Below are positions 37,410-47,191 of a stretch of DNA of 64,000 nt, piece by piece. Under the pieces are notes generated by a model. The model saw only the letters and a program-made list of their open reading frames with translations. It was not told the DNA's origin and searched no databases. How positions within the stretch are numbered: position 1 is the first letter of the stretch; each line of letters begins with the position of its first letter. The DNA is from a virus (taxonomy: Duplodnaviria > Caudoviricetes): IMG/VR virus record IMGVR_UViG_3300035520_001173, positions 20,061 to 84,060 of that record. One strand, 5' to 3'. A program made the translations under genes and the position numbers.

Positions 37410-37802
37410 ATGGCTCAAACTTTTTATATACGCAAAGGTGCTACACTGCCGACATTAAGAATAGAATTAATTATGGATGGTCGATATGATTTTTTAAAAT
37501 CATATAATTTCAACAATGCTATTCAAAATGCAGACATAGCCTTTTCAATGAAGAGAATGAGTGATGGTAAAAAAAAAATAATAAACAAACCCGCCATAAT
37601 TGTAAAAAGCGAGCAAAGCTCATGTGAGGAACGATATATTATCGAATATCAATGGACAGAACATGATACATTAGAAGAAGGAGAATTCATAGGGGAATTC
37701 ACAATTAATTTTAAAGACGATTTATACGAAAAAGATAATTCATACCAAGGCGGGATATTACTTAGTCCAATTTCTGAAATTTTAAATATCATTATCCATT
37801 GA
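37410..37802 (+). CDS. BppU N-terminal-like structural protein
   Basis: IRKGATLPTLRIEL...YQW...GEFIGEFTINF beta-sandwich pattern. Confidence 0.55.
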   Translation: MAQTFYIRKGATLPTLRIELIMDGRYDFLKSYNFNNAIQNADIAFSMKRMSDGKKKIINKPAIIVKSEQSSCEERYIIEYQWTEHDTLEEGEFIGEFTINFKDDLYEKDNSYQGGILLSPISEILNIIIH

Positions 37803-37852
37803 CAGTAAAATTTATATCATATAATTTATTTTTGAGACTTTACACAGCAGAA

Positions 37853-37888
37853 GAGAACCACTCGTGAGAGCAGTTCTCTTTTTTTTAG
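37853..37888. terminator. terminator between convergent genes
   Basis: AGAGAAC/GTTCTCT stem followed by a T run. Confidence 0.65.
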
Positions 37889-37891
37889 TTT

Positions 37892-38242
37892 TTACCACTC
37901 GTTAAGTTTAACAACTCGAATGGGTATTTGTTTGTTTTTTGCACTATCAATGATAATATCAATATCTTTTAAGCCTTTATTGAAAGCTATAAGTGCATTA
38001 CAATCTTTTAACATTTCAGCATTGCGAATTTTAAGCGCACTCTTGCCATGCTTATTCCAATTAGTAGAAAATACACGAACATCAATTCTGAATTTCTTAG
38101 CAAAATTCTCAACATTACTATCGCCTGTTGAATAGATGGTAATCCCTTCGGATGCTTTTTGTCGGAGATATTTGACACATTTAGCTTCAAAGAAGCGGCT
38201 ATCTTCAACGTCTTTTCCTCCAACTATGAGTACTTTAAACAT
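37892..38242 (-). CDS. SLOG-superfamily (DUF2493/YspA-like) protein
   Basis: IVGGKD...WNKHGKSALKIRNAEML..CNALIAF. Confidence 0.75.
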   Translation of the reverse strand: MFKVLIVGGKDVEDSRFFEAKCVKYLRQKASEGITIYSTGDSNVENFAKKFRIDVRVFSTNWNKHGKSALKIRNAEMLKDCNALIAFNKGLKDIDIIIDSAKNKQIPIRVVKLNEW

Positions 38243-38286
38243 TGCTCTTTTTTCTATTTAAAAATTTAACATTGTTTTCTTTACCG

Positions 38287-38318
38287 CAAATATAATCAAT
38301 AACAACGAAATGGGCAAA
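38287..38318 (-). promoter_or_regulatory. Bacteroidota-type promoter TTTG-N20-TATATTTG
   Basis: Full consensus match upstream of the SLOG gene. Confidence 0.7.
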
Positions 38319-38323
38319 TATTG

Positions 38324-38330
38324 TATTTAT
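38324..38330 (+). promoter_or_regulatory. putative late promoter TATTTAT
   Basis: 20 nt upstream of ATG 38351. Confidence 0.55.
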
Positions 38331-38350
38331 TATAAAATGGTTTTTCAATC

Positions 38351-39751
38351 ATGGTAATCAGAACACTTATAGATAAATGCACTACCATAGTAAAGGATAG
38401 TAATGATAATTATGGCCTTAATCCAATTATAATGCTCAATTATGGCTATATTACATCTCGTGCATTGATCAATTTCAATATAGATAAAATCAAAGAAGCT
38501 TTTGGTAATAAAGAATACGAAATAAGTAACAATGTAAAACATACCTTACATTTAACTAACTGTGGCTCAATAGAAGAGAGGAAATTCCACAAATATATAA
38601 CATCTGATGACATTAACACTGTAAAAAAGAGAGCAGTTTCTTTTGATATAATTCTATTCAAAATACCTTATCAATGGGATAGAGGTGTTGGTTTTGACAA
38701 CTCCAATGATTTTTGGATTAGAGGTGATGCCGCAACTTCAACAGATGGCTGCAATTGGTTTAACTGTATGAGTGGAATTAAATGGAATACAGAGGGTATA
38801 TATTCAAAAGATGAACTCTGCACTGAGGTAGATAAGTTTAATAATAAAGAAGAAAGCCAAATAATTGGAATTCAGCATTTTGATATTGGTAGTGAAGATT
38901 TATCTATAGATATTACAGATTATGTTGATGATTTAATTGATGGGGTTGAGTTGAACTATGGGATAGGCATTGCATTTTCTCCATATTGCGAAGATATGGA
39001 AACCAAAATAACAAAGTATGTTGGTTTCTTTAGTGATAAAACAAATACATGTTTTACCCCTTATATCGAATCAAGAACAATTGAAGCTATTAATGATAGC
39101 ACCTATAATGTTCTTTTGAATAAAGAAAATCGAATTTTTCTCTTCTCTAATTTCTATGGCGAATATAAGGATTTAGACGAATTGCCTATATGCACCATAG
39201 ATAACTCCAATTACGAGGTGCATCATTTTGATAAAGGGATATATTATGCCAACATAAAACTATCAAGAGATGATTTCTTTGAAGACGCTATCTACGATAT
39301 AAAGTGGAGCAATCTATACTATAATGGCGAAGAATTACCTGACGAAACGAGGGAATTTGCAACAGGAAAAGAAGAGAGACATTTGAGTATTGGAAATATC
39401 GTTTCTAAGCCACCAAAGTACTCTGTGGTAATAAATGGTATATCTAATAGAGAAAAGCTCAACCACGGTGAAATTAGAGGCCTCTACGTCCATTTTAGAC
39501 AACCGTATTCCAATGTTACTATATTACCAAACAAAAACACATACTACCGTCTCTATATTATGAGCGGAGAAAAAGAATATACTGTGATTGATTGGGATTT
39601 TGTCAACACAATTGCAAAAGATGGAATATTCTACGTAAAGACAGATGAATTATTACCAAATCATTATTTAGTTGACATAAAAACGACTATTGATAATGAA
39701 ACAAGGATATTCAAAAGAGAATTAGAATTTGATATTGTTGGTGTGAAATAG
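38351..39751 (+). CDS. hypothetical structural protein (beta-rich)
   Basis: 466-aa ORF behind the late motif. Confidence 0.7.
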   Translation: MVIRTLIDKCTTIVKDSNDNYGLNPIIMLNYGYITSRALINFNIDKIKEAFGNKEYEISNNVKHTLHLTNCGSIEERKFHKYITSDDINTVKKRAVSFDIILFKIPYQWDRGVGFDNSNDFWIRGDAATSTDGCNWFNCMSGIKWNTEGIYSKDELCTEVDKFNNKEESQIIGIQHFDIGSEDLSIDITDYVDDLIDGVELNYGIGIAFSPYCEDMETKITKYVGFFSDKTNTCFTPYIESRTIEAINDSTYNVLLNKENRIFLFSNFYGEYKDLDELPICTIDNSNYEVHHFDKGIYYANIKLSRDDFFEDAIYDIKWSNLYYNGEELPDETREFATGKEERHLSIGNIVSKPPKYSVVINGISNREKLNHGEIRGLYVHFRQPYSNVTILPNKNTYYRLYIMSGEKEYTVIDWDFVNTIAKDGIFYVKTDELLPNHYLVDIKTTIDNETRIFKRELEFDIVGVK

Positions 39752-39778
39752 AAAAGAGGGGCTTTAATGCCCCTCTCT
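39752..39778. terminator. bidirectional terminator
   Basis: AGAGGGGC/GCCCCTCT stem. Confidence 0.7.
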
Positions 39779-40691
39779 AATTTATACGTATATTCTTACT
39801 TAAGAAGTCGTTTAGATTATATTTTTGCAAGGCAGTGTATGATGAATCTTGCACGGGAGGTAACTGCGAATACTTGTGCGTATGATTATTAAAAGCTGTG
39901 ATTAACGTGTGTAAAAACTCAATCAACCTGTCACCATAAACCATTGGGTGTGCATTTTCAATAAATTTTTTCAGTTCATCATCAGATAAACCTTCATTCC
40001 CCTTATTTTTGTCGGAAAAGCTACTTACATCACTATACGATGTATTAATATAAGGGTCACCATCAATACTAATTAGGTTGATTTCTTGGCCAACAAGATT
40101 AACAGAAGACTCAACTGTTTCAGTTGCGGATTGAGCTTGCCATGTATTTGCCCTCCATTCCTTTTTATTTACTGAAATAGGTGTTTCGTGATATTTTAAT
40201 TTGATAAAAGATGGATTTGTTTTATTAAATGCAATATCAGTAGTATCTCTGTTATCAGTTAAATGGGCACCGCAACGTATTCTTACATCACTATCACCTA
40301 ATATTATATCAGAGTTTTTACGGCCATATATTGCAATATCCTCATCTGTTGCAAACGCACCATTAGCTTTAGGAATATTACTAACGGCCATATCAGGGTC
40401 ACCGCTTCTTCCAAGTAGGCGTAATGCACCAAGTTCATAATTATCTTGGTACATTTCTTGATATTGAGAAATAATTGGTCCTAAATAAAAGCGTTGTAAC
40501 TGAGGATTGTCATTGACACAAAATATAATTACGGCCTCACCAATCTTGGGCTTAACATGAAGAGTTTTAGGCAACAAGGGGAAGGCATACGGTAATTCTG
40601 TATACCTATCATCTACATTTTTAATTCTTGCTTTTATCCTTTCGCCATCGAATTCATCAGAAAGGCTTTCTACTTTACCTATATAGAACAT
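39777..40691 (-). CDS. baseplate hub / gp5-like OB-fold protein
   Basis: IGKVESLSD..DGERIKARI...FPLLP...KPKIGEAVIIF; C-terminal HTH motif. Confidence 0.65.
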   Translation of the reverse strand: MFYIGKVESLSDEFDGERIKARIKNVDDRYTELPYAFPLLPKTLHVKPKIGEAVIIFCVNDNPQLQRFYLGPIISQYQEMYQDNYELGALRLLGRSGDPDMAVSNIPKANGAFATDEDIAIYGRKNSDIILGDSDVRIRCGAHLTDNRDTTDIAFNKTNPSFIKLKYHETPISVNKKEWRANTWQAQSATETVESSVNLVGQEINLISIDGDPYINTSYSDVSSFSDKNKGNEGLSDDELKKFIENAHPMVYGDRLIEFLHTLITAFNNHTHKYSQLPPVQDSSYTALQKYNLNDFLSKNIRIN

Positions 40692-40694
40692 AAC

Positions 40695-41087
40695 TTAGCC
40701 AACTATACCGTCCCCGTGGGGAATATTAACATTAAAACCTTGTACAACAACAGGGCCACCAGCATTAGAACCAGTACCCATAAATTGAATGCCACCGATA
40801 GGAATACCAACCTGTACTCTTGAGTCTAATTTAAGAGCACTTACCATTTCTTCAACTCTGATACGTTCCATGGCTTCGGCAACATTAGCCGTACCATCAG
40901 CAGCAGGGCCAAATGGAGCACCTGCTTCAGACTGTCTTTTTATAATGCGTGAAGCAATCATCATAGCCGATAACCCTGGGCGAGAAATAGCACTACAAAT
41001 TAATAGGATAGAAGGTATTGTTGCTAATGGGGCACGAGCCTTTTCAATACCTGATTGTATAGCGTCGCAAATGCTTTGAATATTCAT
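40695..41087 (-). CDS. hypothetical structural protein
   Basis: 130-aa ORF in the baseplate operon. Confidence 0.65.
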   Translation of the reverse strand: MNIQSICDAIQSGIEKARAPLATIPSILLICSAISRPGLSAMMIASRIIKRQSEAGAPFGPAADGTANVAEAMERIRVEEMVSALKLDSRVQVGIPIGGIQFMGTGSNAGGPVVVQGFNVNIPHGDGIVG

Positions 41088-41099
41088 TATTTACAATTT

Positions 41100-42902
41100 T
41101 TAACAAGAACTACTTGGTTTAGTTTGTGTTGGTACAATGTCTGCATAGTTTACATTATCAATGTAAGTGTCAGCAGAAGAGCCACCATTAAGAATGGGTA
41201 ATACGCAAGAGCTTACTAACTGTTTCAACAAGGTACGATAATCATTAATAGTCTCAAGAAGTATTTTAGATACAAATAGTTGCAATAAAGGTTGAATCTG
41301 AGACATTAACCATTTGTATAATTGTTGCAAAATTAAATCCTTTAATTCTTTTACAAGAGCAACAATAAGGTTTTGAAAGTTCTTTATAAAGGCTTCCCAA
41401 CTATTAAAGATATCTGATTTCCAAGTTTCACTCTGTGGGTCAATATCACCCATAACAATTGAATTCACTTTAAATAGTATAGCAACTTTAGGACTTAAAA
41501 CTTGCATAACAATTTGAGTGATTGTCTCTTCCAAAAGTTTGTAGATAATATCTAAACCAAATGAAAATTGGTCTTTAGAATAAACCTCTCCATTTTGCGC
41601 CAAAGTTACTGATACGTCGGTAAACACATTGCTAATAGCAGTAATTTGTTCATTCAATGTTGCGGCATCACTAATAGAGTTGATAGAATCTAAAATAGAA
41701 GAATAATCAACATCAATTTCAGTATCATTGTAGGTATATGTACCATTATGTTTTTTAGTAGCCTCGGATAACAATCTATCATATTCTTCATTACTGAAAG
41801 AGAAAAAACAATCATCTACCTCGGTGTCATCAGATTCTATAATATTTTTTACAATAGAACCAATTTTACCTGCTACAACTTCTTCCATAATGGAATAGTT
41901 GAGAGATATATTAGCCGATATGCCTAAAAGGGCATTTACAATATTCGCAACAAGGGTTTTACTGTCGAAAAGCTTAAGACTATATATGTAATCATAATTG
42001 AATTCAAAAATAGTCTTATTCATCCTATATTGAAGATTTTTAATCTTCAAGGTTCTTGTTTGATAGTATCTTTTTGAGTTAAGCCATATTTTCAGTATAT
42101 CAGTACCACCGTTAAGTTCAGAGCTGCGTTCAACGTACTCGCAATAAATAATTTCTTTTTTATTGGCTTTTTTATTTGAGCCGTAGCTTATAGTTGGATT
42201 AGGGTCTATATCTGAACCATGCGCATTGAAAAATTCAGTTTTCAAACTTGGATATTCCTTGAATGTATCAATATATTTAACACGGTTATCCCACATTAGT
42301 TTAGATTTTTGCCCATTTACACTTGTGCCCTTATTAATAACGTACCATAAAAATGCATTGAAGTCAGTAGACTTCCAAAGGTCATTGGGATGATAGAATG
42401 GGGTATTAGCTTCAAAACCCGTTTCTTCGTCTTTATTTATTGATTCATAAGCATCAAAATAAAAGACGCCACCTTCACGATTAGATGGGCAGTTATTTAA
42501 AGTGCCGTATAAATCTATTGCATTTAAGTTTAGTTCAATACCTTTTTGCCCAACTACTTGATTGCTTGTGTTTGTTGTATAATCCATTAACCAATCGGGT
42601 AGTAATGGATTAATTGAACATGTAAACATGTTTTTCACATTGGCTAATAATGCTGCCTTTAAGGTATTCTCCAAAACATATAAAAAACCGTCAGTACCTT
42701 TGCCTGCCAATAGTTTTGCAACCCATTCAATAATATCAGTTTCAGAAACACCAAGAATAGCCAAAACATCAAGCATAAAACTAAACGAAGTGTTTCCACC
42801 GATAGAATCAATGGAAGATAGCACGGGGTAACGTTCAAGCAACGTTTGAATTGCCGAAATTGCACCTAATGTTTTAGATTTGGTATCCGAAAGAGATGAC
42901 AT
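41100..42902 (-). CDS. hypothetical structural protein
   Basis: 600-aa ORF in the baseplate operon. Confidence 0.7.
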   Translation of the reverse strand: MSSLSDTKSKTLGAISAIQTLLERYPVLSSIDSIGGNTSFSFMLDVLAILGVSETDIIEWVAKLLAGKGTDGFLYVLENTLKAALLANVKNMFTCSINPLLPDWLMDYTTNTSNQVVGQKGIELNLNAIDLYGTLNNCPSNREGGVFYFDAYESINKDEETGFEANTPFYHPNDLWKSTDFNAFLWYVINKGTSVNGQKSKLMWDNRVKYIDTFKEYPSLKTEFFNAHGSDIDPNPTISYGSNKKANKKEIIYCEYVERSSELNGGTDILKIWLNSKRYYQTRTLKIKNLQYRMNKTIFEFNYDYIYSLKLFDSKTLVANIVNALLGISANISLNYSIMEEVVAGKIGSIVKNIIESDDTEVDDCFFSFSNEEYDRLLSEATKKHNGTYTYNDTEIDVDYSSILDSINSISDAATLNEQITAISNVFTDVSVTLAQNGEVYSKDQFSFGLDIIYKLLEETITQIVMQVLSPKVAILFKVNSIVMGDIDPQSETWKSDIFNSWEAFIKNFQNLIVALVKELKDLILQQLYKWLMSQIQPLLQLFVSKILLETINDYRTLLKQLVSSCVLPILNGGSSADTYIDNVNYADIVPTQTKPSSSC

Positions 42903-43312
42903 TAATTTTTGGTTTTATAAACTTGGGTTTCACCTGCACTATTAGTTGAAGCGTCACGGGCCAGTTCTCTTAACTTATTGATATCAAGAGTCGTGGGTAC
43001 AGATTTACTTGCATCTAATGCCCCTTTTATATCCCCATTATGCTTGATGATTTCACTCATAAGTTTAGCAATATCAAGTTTTTGTGCAACGGATTTTTGT
43101 TGGAGAGCAATATAGTTATTCATAACTTTCCCATACTTCTCCTTGCCATCAATATCCAAATTGTTTAATGGGGTTGAATTTGCAATCTTGTTTATTTCGT
43201 TTTGTATCTGTGTATACTGCTGACAAGCTAAATCGTAAGTCTCTTGTAGGAGCGCTTCAATTTTGTCGATATTATTAAGTCTAACAGAATATTTTTTCTT
43301 TGCTAAATCCAT
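42902..43312 (-). CDS. hypothetical helical protein
   Basis: 136-aa ORF coupled to the next gene. Confidence 0.65.
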   Translation of the reverse strand: MDLAKKKYSVRLNNIDKIEALLQETYDLACQQYTQIQNEINKIANSTPLNNLDIDGKEKYGKVMNNYIALQQKSVAQKLDIAKLMSEIIKHNGDIKGALDASKSVPTTLDINKLRELARDASTNSAGETQVYKTKN

Positions 43313-43339
43313 GAAAAACTACGGTTTATTGATAAATAG

Positions 43340-44062
43340 TTACTCAATCAAATATCCCTTAATTGTAAAAAACTCGTTTTTGAATTTCTTCATATTATCT
43401 CGAATACCTTTAGTATCAAGACCTGTTTGCTCTCTCAAAAAGAACAGAATGGCATTTTTATTAAGCTTATTACTACCATCAGTAGAAAGAACATAGTCCC
43501 AATTTTCTAATAAGTTTTTAAGAGCAGTTCCGAGTTTAATTTCATTATCCCTAAGGCTGTAGCCTTTAGGGTTATTGAGCATCTCACCTATTTTTTCAAT
43601 AAGCATTTCTACTGCTTCAGACATGATTTTAGGCGCTCGTTCAACTTCATCCGAATATTTAATATCGTTAATGAATTCGGGCACAGCATCATCATATGCT
43701 TGATTTCTTAACAGACTTTTATTGTAAGATTGAATTCTACCAATAAGGTAGTGTTTACATACGGTGCCGTAATAAGAGTAAGCTTTATATTTACCAGGCT
43801 CGAATTTATCGGCCTTCATTAGGAGAAATGACAGTGCATCGTTAAACGTAAAGTCCATCGACTCCCCTGGTACATATAGTTTGTAACGACGGATAATAGA
43901 TTCTACCATCTTTTTGAATGCAGGCCGTAAAATTTCATTATAAATTTCGTTTTTCCTCTCTGCGTCATTACAGTTGAGATATTCTACGACTGCAGCTTCT
44001 TCTTCGTCACAAAAATAATTCTTCTTTTTATCAGGATTTGGCTTGCGGCCTCTTTTTCCCAT
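43340..44062 (-). CDS. phage sigma factor (gp55-like, sigma70 region 2)
   Basis: KNYF...RNEIY...FKKMVESII...DALSFLLMKADKFEPGKYKAYSYYGTVCKHYL. Confidence 0.7.
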   Translation of the reverse strand: MGKRGRKPNPDKKKNYFCDEEEAAVVEYLNCNDAERKNEIYNEILRPAFKKMVESIIRRYKLYVPGESMDFTFNDALSFLLMKADKFEPGKYKAYSYYGTVCKHYLIGRIQSYNKSLLRNQAYDDAVPEFINDIKYSDEVERAPKIMSEAVEMLIEKIGEMLNNPKGYSLRDNEIKLGTALKNLLENWDYVLSTDGSNKLNKNAILFFLREQTGLDTKGIRDNMKKFKNEFFTIKGYLIE

Positions 44063-44239
44063 TTGTATAGTTAATCAATAATAATAGGATGATTTATCTT
44101 ATCAAATTGATTTTTCTGCAATTAAATTGCTCATACCATATCGCATTAATAGTTTAATGCCATTCAACAATATTGATAACAAAATCTTGAGAGCAGTAAT
44201 TTAATTTTAATTACCACTCTCAATATGTATAGTTTAAGG

Positions 44240-45046
44240 TTACTCCTCCTTAGTATTAGGAGTAAAGGCTAAATTTCGGCTCTCTTTGTATTTATACTCT
44301 TCACGAGCTGTATCAATAAGCCATTTACCGTGTTCGCTTGTAATATCTTTAATAGCTTCAGTTAGATAACTTCCTTCACGATTAACTGTATGTCTGTAAC
44401 CTGCTTTAGGAACAACATAAATATTCTTACCGTTGTTAGTTACACGAAGCAAAAATTCATACCAAGCAGCAATTAGCATAGAAGGTTTAAGTCCACCTAC
44501 AGAAATAAAGTCTTCGGTTTTAATGATGGAGCCAGTGACATTGAAGTCCATGAAACTCATTAAACAATCAGTATCAAGATAGCCAAGTTCATCGCCTGAG
44601 AAAGAAGTCGCCCAAGCAATCTCGTTTTCAAAGCCTACAATCTTATCGTCTGTATTGACAAGCTCTACAATAGGTAAATATACCGCAACATCTTGGTTGT
44701 ATTCTTGATATCTCAAAAATTCATCAAACCAAATATTAGTATATGCATCGTCAAATTCGAGAATTGAAAAATAAGGTGTAGTACATGCAAATACAGCCTT
44801 GTTTATTTGAGTGTAAACATCAGTATCGTTATTTACGACAACTGCAGTTATTGGCAATTCACCTATGTGGTTTTCTTTATAAAAAGCAATTGCTTCAGTG
44901 CAAATATCTTGAGGGCCAACAAAAAGAACTTTAGAAACAGCTTCAGGGATAGTCTCAAACGCTCTCTTTGCATAGGTATGCATTTCCTCAGTAAATTCCT
45001 TAAGAGGTATAATAATTGTAATATCTTCCATTGCTTCTTTAATCAT
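44240..45046 (-). CDS. glycosyltransferase, GT-A fold (GT2-like)
   Basis: ITIIIP, FSILEFDD (DxD-like), YEFLLR...YRH. Confidence 0.75.
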   Translation of the reverse strand: MIKEAMEDITIIIPLKEFTEEMHTYAKRAFETIPEAVSKVLFVGPQDICTEAIAFYKENHIGELPITAVVVNNDTDVYTQINKAVFACTTPYFSILEFDDAYTNIWFDEFLRYQEYNQDVAVYLPIVELVNTDDKIVGFENEIAWATSFSGDELGYLDTDCLMSFMDFNVTGSIIKTEDFISVGGLKPSMLIAAWYEFLLRVTNNGKNIYVVPKAGYRHTVNREGSYLTEAIKDITSEHGKWLIDTAREEYKYKESRNLAFTPNTKEE

Positions 45047-46139
45047 TTTCTTTAGTTAGGGCTAAGAGCTGAGTGAATTCCTTCTTTCTATTTTCAAGAA
45101 GTTCATTAATGTATGTGTTTTCAACTTCTTTGATGAATTTTTCCCTGCTACCATATTCATTGGCCGTAATTTCCATCTCATCGGCAATAACAACAGGAAT
45201 ATCCGAATGGATAAACATTTCTACAAGCTGAGCGACCAAAGAATGTACTTGGCTGATATTATCAAACCAAATAGCATTGTCCCTTAGGACACCATCTTTA
45301 CCTATGGCCCAATCACAAACATCTTGTGGTATTTTGGCAAGTAATACACTACCTGCTGAAATCGCTTCAAGAGCTGAGTAGCCAAAACTTGCAGTTTCAT
45401 CAACCCAAATTGTAGCGAATGACTCTTTCAAAACATCAGCAAACTCATCACGAGGTATATCCATTACATGACGAAAAGCAACCCATTTGTATGTGGGATA
45501 TTTCCAAAAAAATTCCTTTACAATACGATTAACAATGCTTCGGTCTTTAGTCACAATGTTAACAATCAGTTTTTTAGGTCTTGCATCTTTCTTAAAAGAA
45601 GAGTCAATAAAGGGCTTAACTACATTAACATTCAACTTCTTAAATAATTCTGAAACTTTTCTTTTTAACATTTCGGATGAGGTAATGCAAATATCAATTC
45701 CATAATCCTCCCATGATACGCCAGGCTGAATAACTTCGGTCAAATAATTGAAGTTATGAAGTAAAATTACCCTTTTACAAGGAAGTTTTTTGGTTTGAAA
45801 CATAACATTTGAAAAGATTTCAGGAATAATAAGAAAATCAGAAGGAGAGATTCTTACACCATCTGTTTCAATGTTAGAATGAGGCAAAGACGAGTATTTT
45901 TTGCCAAGCCATGCTTCCACCCCAACAAAATCCTTCTCAGCATGAAGTATTTCAACATTGTATCCTAATTCTTGAATGGCAAGCGCTGTCTCATAAAGGT
46001 AGGTAAGTTCGCTATTAGGCTTTCCCTTTGTATCTAAGGTGAAGAAATAGAACTTACATTCCTTGTTGTCAATTTTGGAAATCTCTTTTTGAATATTTTC
46101 TTTAATAATTTCCGCTTTGGTCTTATTTTCAGTAGCCAT
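45039..46139 (-). CDS. glycosyltransferase-like protein, GT-B fold
   Basis: FADVLKES...DETASFGYSALEAISAG donor-binding motif. Confidence 0.7.
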   Translation of the reverse strand: MATENKTKAEIIKENIQKEISKIDNKECKFYFFTLDTKGKPNSELTYLYETALAIQELGYNVEILHAEKDFVGVEAWLGKKYSSLPHSNIETDGVRISPSDFLIIPEIFSNVMFQTKKLPCKRVILLHNFNYLTEVIQPGVSWEDYGIDICITSSEMLKRKVSELFKKLNVNVVKPFIDSSFKKDARPKKLIVNIVTKDRSIVNRIVKEFFWKYPTYKWVAFRHVMDIPRDEFADVLKESFATIWVDETASFGYSALEAISAGSVLLAKIPQDVCDWAIGKDGVLRDNAIWFDNISQVHSLVAQLVEMFIHSDIPVVIADEMEITANEYGSREKFIKEVENTYINELLENRKKEFTQLLALTKEND

Positions 46140-46165
46140 TTTATGTATTTGAATTCAAAAAGTTA

Positions 46166-46549
46166 TTATTCTTGTTCTTCAATAGGAATTGAGATTAGAA
46201 GTCCCTCTTTCATTAAGGTATTCATACAAATCATAGTACCAGTATTGAAAACCTCTGAAACAGAGCCATCTTCACCCTCTGCCATTCCATCAGAATCAAG
46301 AAGGTATTGGATAAGTGTTTTTACGAGGTCATAGCGTATATTATCATTTTGAATATCACCTTGAGCCGTAAATTCTTTAATAGTTTTTTGTTTCAATGAT
46401 GCCTTTTTGCCATCATTTACATCATAAACTTCAGTGATGTCTTTATTACGACGCTCGTTCTTTGCAGAGTGTTCTACAAACCTAAGAATGTTATTTAAGT
46501 CGAAGTAATAAATTTTATCACCGATAGGAAAAAGGTCAGTCATTTCCAT
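46166..46549 (-). CDS. hypothetical protein
   Basis: 127-aa ORF. Confidence 0.65.
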   Translation of the reverse strand: MEMTDLFPIGDKIYYFDLNNILRFVEHSAKNERRNKDITEVYDVNDGKKASLKQKTIKEFTAQGDIQNDNIRYDLVKTLIQYLLDSDGMAEGEDGSVSEVFNTGTMICMNTLMKEGLLISIPIEEQE

Positions 46550-47132
46550 TGTATAATTTCTTCAAAAGTTCTTTATCTTCTAAAAATTGTGACAATTTGC
46601 AAAATGAGTAGTCTGATTCAATATCTTTGTTATAATCAGTTTCAATTTTAATTGTAATCTTACCTTCAGGCTTATTTTCAAGCAATGTTTTGTCGGCAGT
46701 TACCAATACATCACAATTATTCCAAATAGTAGAGGAATCAGAAGGGAAATAGAATTTCCTTACACGAGTAGCCATTCTTGATAGGAAGAAACAAGTAAAA
46801 CCAATTGAATTGTTAAACTCAAACGGATTGGCAATGCTCAATTCTATATCACCATCATACTCATCGGTAATAGAAATATGCCAAAGATTAAGCATTTTGT
46901 CAAGCATTCGTTCAACAATCGAAGCCTCACCAAAGATTTCATAAGCATAGTCGGTATAAAGGAATTTCTCATAGTCCTTACGGCTTTCAAAGCCAAGCAC
47001 CACATCGATATCCGATTCAGAAAAATCAAGCGATTCCAAATCAATACCATTATCAACATATTTTTTATAAACTTTGCCTATTTGAGCGGTTTTAGCCCTA
47101 ATGACATCATCCAAAGTTATGCAGATTCTCAT
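46536..47132 (-). CDS. HAD/5'-nucleotidase-like protein with degenerate motif I
   Basis: ICITLDDVIR; CDVLVTAD...K.TIKIETDYN. Confidence 0.55.
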   Translation of the reverse strand: MRICITLDDVIRAKTAQIGKVYKKYVDNGIDLESLDFSESDIDVVLGFESRKDYEKFLYTDYAYEIFGEASIVERMLDKMLNLWHISITDEYDGDIELSIANPFEFNNSIGFTCFFLSRMATRVRKFYFPSDSSTIWNNCDVLVTADKTLLENKPEGKITIKIETDYNKDIESDYSFCKLSQFLEDKELLKKLYNGND

Positions 47133-47155
47133 CTTTACGTAAAATCGTTTATTAA

Positions 47156-47184
47156 AAGTTATTAATTGAAATTTAAAAAGTCAA
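47156..47184 (-). promoter_or_regulatory. putative promoter TTGACT-N17-TAACTT
   Basis: Upstream of the start at 47132. Confidence 0.55.
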
Positions 47185-47191
47185 GCAAAAG

